Shown here: piece after piece, positions 60,711-64,000 of the stretch
Numbering within the stretch: the stretch's first letter is position 1
Layout of the letters: each line of letters begins with the position of its first letter
Assembly (NCBI RefSeq): GCF_006345805.1
Contig: NC_043002.1
Coordinates: forward strand, 117,676,001-117,740,000
Origin: Octopus sinensis
Lineage: Eukaryota
DNA: 64,000 nucleotides
Direction: 5' to 3'
Position numbers and translations under genes: made by a program
The notes under the pieces: model-generated
Seen by the model: the letters and a program-made list of their open reading frames with translations, nothing else
What the model was told of the DNA's origin: nothing
The model's database searches: none

Positions 60711-62488
60711 GGGTGTCTTTTATGTGTTACTGACAGAGGCACATTTCACATGTCACCCGTGTGGGTACCTTTTACACATCACCAGCATGGGTGCCCTTTA
60801 ACAGATCACCTGCATGGATGCCTTTTATGTGTCACCAGCACTGGTGCCTTTTACGTGTCACCAGCACTGGTGCCTTTTACATGTCACCAGCATGGGTGCC
60901 CTTTAACAGATCACCTGCATGGATGCCTTTTATGTGTCACCAGCATGGGTGCCTTTTACGTGTCACCAGCATGGGTGCCTTTTATGTGTCACCAGCATGG
61001 GTGCCCTTTAACAGATCACCTGCATGGATGCCTTTTATGTGTCACCAGCATGGGTGCCTTTTACGTGTCACCAGCACTGGTGCCTTTTACATGTCACCAG
61101 CATGGGTGCCCTTTAACAGATCACCTGCATGGATGCCTTTTATGTGTCACCAGCATGGGTGCCTTTTATGTGTCACCAGCATGGGTGCCTTTTACGTGTC
61201 ACCAGCATGGGTGCCCTTTAACAGATCACCTGCATGGATGCCTTTTATGTGTCACCAGCATGGGTGCCTTTTACGTGTCACCAGCACTGGTGCCTTTTAC
61301 ATGTCACCAGCATGGGTGCCCTTTAACAGATCACCTGCATGGATGCCTTTTATGTGTCACCAGCATGGGTGCCTTTTATGTGTCACCAGCACTGGTGCCT
61401 TTTACATGTCACCAGCATGGGTGCCCTTTAACAGATCACCTGCATGGATGCCTTTTATGTGTCACCTGCATGGATGCCTTTTATGTGTCACCAGCATGGG
61501 TGCCTTTTACGTGTCACCAGCACTGGTGCCTTTTACATGTCACCAGCATGGGTGCCCTTTAACAGATCACCTGCATGGATGCCTTTTATGTGTCACCAGC
61601 ATGGGTGCCTTTTATGTGTCACCAGCACTGGTGCCTTTTACATGTCACCAGCATGGGTGCCCTTTAACAGATCACCTGCATGGATGCCTTTTATGTGTCA
61701 CCTGCATGGATGCCTTTTATGTGTCACCTGCATGGATGCCTTTTATGTGTCACCAGCATGGGTGCCTTTTACGTGTCACCAGCACTGGTGCCTTTTACAT
61801 GTCACCAGCATGGGTGCCCTTTAACAGATCACCTGCATGGATGCCTTTTATGTGTCACCTGCATGGATGCCTTTTATGTGTCACCAGCATGGGTGCCTTT
61901 TACGTGTCACCAGCACTGGTGCCTTTTACATGTCACCAGCATGGGTGCCCTTTAACAGATCACCTGCATGGATGCCTTTTATGTGTCACCTGCATGGATG
62001 CCTTTTATGTGTCACCTGCATGGATGCCTTTTATGTGTCACCAGCATGGGTGCCTTTTACGTGTCACCAGCACTGGTGCCTTTTACATGTCACCAGCATG
62101 GGTGCCCTTTAACAGATCACCTGCATGGATGCCTTTTATGTGTCACCTGCATGGATGCCTTTTATGTGTCACCTGCATGGATGCCTTTTATGTGTCACCA
62201 GCATGGGTGCCTTTTACGTGTCACCAGCACTGGTGCCTTTTACATGTCACCAGCATGGGTGCCCTTTAACAGATCACCTGCATGGATGCCTTTTATGTGT
62301 CACCTGCATGGATGCCTTTTATGTGTCACCTGCATGGATGCCTTTTATGTGTCACCAGCATGGGTGCCTTTTACGTGTCACCAGCACTGGTGCCTTTTAC
62401 ATGTCACCAGCATGGGTGCCCTTTAACAGATCACCAGCATGGGTGCCTTTTATGTGTCACCAGCATGGGTGCCTTTTACGTGTCACCA
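60711..62488. repeat. 26/27-bp minisatellite with 131/157-bp higher-order repeats, expanded inside a (GAT)n-tailed retroposon
   Basis: Monomers gggtgccttttacgtgtcaccagcat, ggatgccttttatgtgtcacctgcat, gggtgccctttaacagatcacctgcat (27); ORF-track start spacings of 157 and 131 bp. Confidence 0.95.
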
Positions 62489-63152
62489 CATAAATGAATA
62501 AGATATTTCATACCAGCCTTTTAAAATGACCCATAACTGGATCTATCTAAAGACAAGGGGTCTAGGCTCACATTGATTTAACCCTTTAGGATTTCATCTG
62601 GCCATACCCGGCCCATTCATTCTACCTATTTTATGTTCAAACTGGCCAGATCTGGCCTTTCACACCTACCCTACAATATCATTCTAAAAATAAACATTTA
62701 CATCATTGAAATCTTAAGGTTATAAGATGATTAATTCAAAACAATCATCATCATCATCATCGTTGTCATTTAATGTCAGCTTTCCATGCTGGATGGTTTG
62801 ATTGAGGACTGGCAAGCTAGGAAGCTGCACCAGGCACCAATCTAATTTGGCAAGGTTTCTACAGCTGGATGCCAACCACTCCGAGAGTGTAGTGGGTGTT
62901 TTTTACATGCCACTAGCACAGGAGTTAGTCAGGCAGCACTTGCATTGACCATGCTTGAATGGTGCAGTTTACATGTTCACTAGCATGAGAGCTAGTCAGG
63001 CAGCACTGGTATCACCCATGCTTGAATGGTGCTTTTTATGTGCCACCAGCACAGTATGCCAGTCAGGTGGCACTGGCATTAGTCACGACTATGATTTCAC
63101 TTGGTTCAACAGGTCTTCACAAGCATGGCATATTGCCTGATGATTGAAGGGT

Positions 63153-63870
63153 GTTAGTTAGTTAGTTAGTTAATTTTTTGGCTCAAAAAGCAAGGCCATG
63201 TAGGGGGACATGGAGTTATGTACAGGGTGGTGTTCATGTAAAGAGTTCAGGCCACTTGAGGTCAAGGGAGATTTTGAACTGAGCGGTCGTCGACATCTTC
63301 ACCATCTCGCCTGGCAGCTTATTCCACGGATCTGCAATCTGGACAGAGAAAGCCCCTTTCCTTCGATCGAGATGAAATTGTCGCAGATAGAGCTTTTTGG
63401 AATGACCCCACAGCCGACGCTCTGGAGCAGGAGTGAAGAACAGCTCTTTTGAGAGGTTACACTTTCCGCTTATGATGTTGTGAGCAAGAATGAGATCACC
63501 ATGGCAGCGTCGTTTTTCTAGAGAATAAAGGTCAAGCGTCTTCAGCCTTTCTTCATAAGACAAATGCTTGAGACCAAGAACCATGCGGGTAGCCAGCTTC
63601 TGAACTCTTTCGAGATGCTGTATGTCTTTGAGGAGATAAGGAGAAGAGGCTTGAATCCCATACTCCAATATGGGTCTCACCAGCGTAACATAGAGCGGTA
63701 GGAATATGGCTGCTGTGAGCATTCCGAATGACCGTCGGATCAAGAACAGAATTCCGTTGGCAGCATGGACGCACTGGGCCGAAGGCGAAAAGAAGGAATC
63801 CACCAAGATACCCAGGTCCTTTAACTGATTGGTCCTCTCCAGCAGCAGACGACCTAGCTCGAACTTGGGC
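63153..63870 (-). mobile_element. 5'-truncated CR1/L2-like LINE 3' end inserted into a (GAT)n-tailed retroposon
   Basis: ORF 63234-63890: KDLGILVD..LYVTLVRPILEYG..LERVQKLATRM..SYEERLKTLDLYSLEKRR..GDLI; (TAAC)n tail; host retroposon sequence on both sides. Confidence 0.88.
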
Positions 63871-64000
63871 CAGTTATGTGACACTGGCATCAGCCATGGC
63901 TACAATTTCACCTGGCTTGCTGGGTCTTCTTAAGCACAGCATAGCTCCAAAGGTCTTGGTCTCCTTTCATTACGTCTGTGAGGCCCAATGTTCAAAGGTT

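Noticed and set aside
60543-62497. Long Cys/His-rich ORFs (339 and 502 aa) resembling metal-binding proteins
   Set aside because: By-product of a stop-poor minisatellite; frames switch with the 26/27-bp units; no splice or promoter support

Overview
AT-rich, repeat-saturated animal genomic DNA. The SINE/LINE families and microsatellite load look like a coleoid cephalopod (Octopus); this is recognition, not a database result. Two convergent host genes are supported. (1) The last three coding exons of PEX14 on + (4716-4889, 7773-7867, 20646-20961), with phase-consistent GT-AG joins. (2) An unidentified ~284-aa gene on - (predicted exons 54445-54391, 44121-43531, 42939-42731). The rest is mobile DNA: tRNA-derived SINEs, RTE and CR1/L2-type LINE remnants, a near-full-length CpG-rich RTE, Helitrons (one with a PIF1 helicase remnant), mariner/maT/hAT/pogo/piggyBac-type elements, a solo LTR, a 2.5-kb fold-back element and two large VNTRs. 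The most interesting signal is a ~510-bp palindromic insertion in the PEX14 intron (18340-18851, 13-bp TSD). It has two back-to-back tRNA-like Pol III heads, each pointing outward into a minimal Penelope-type hammerhead ribozyme motif. Two further, unrelated degenerate hammerhead-like motifs occur at 7607-7684 and 39272-39309. There is also a perfect 528-bp inverted duplication in a PEX14 intron and several template-switch patchworks. Mobile-element boundaries without a stated TSD or TIR are approximate.
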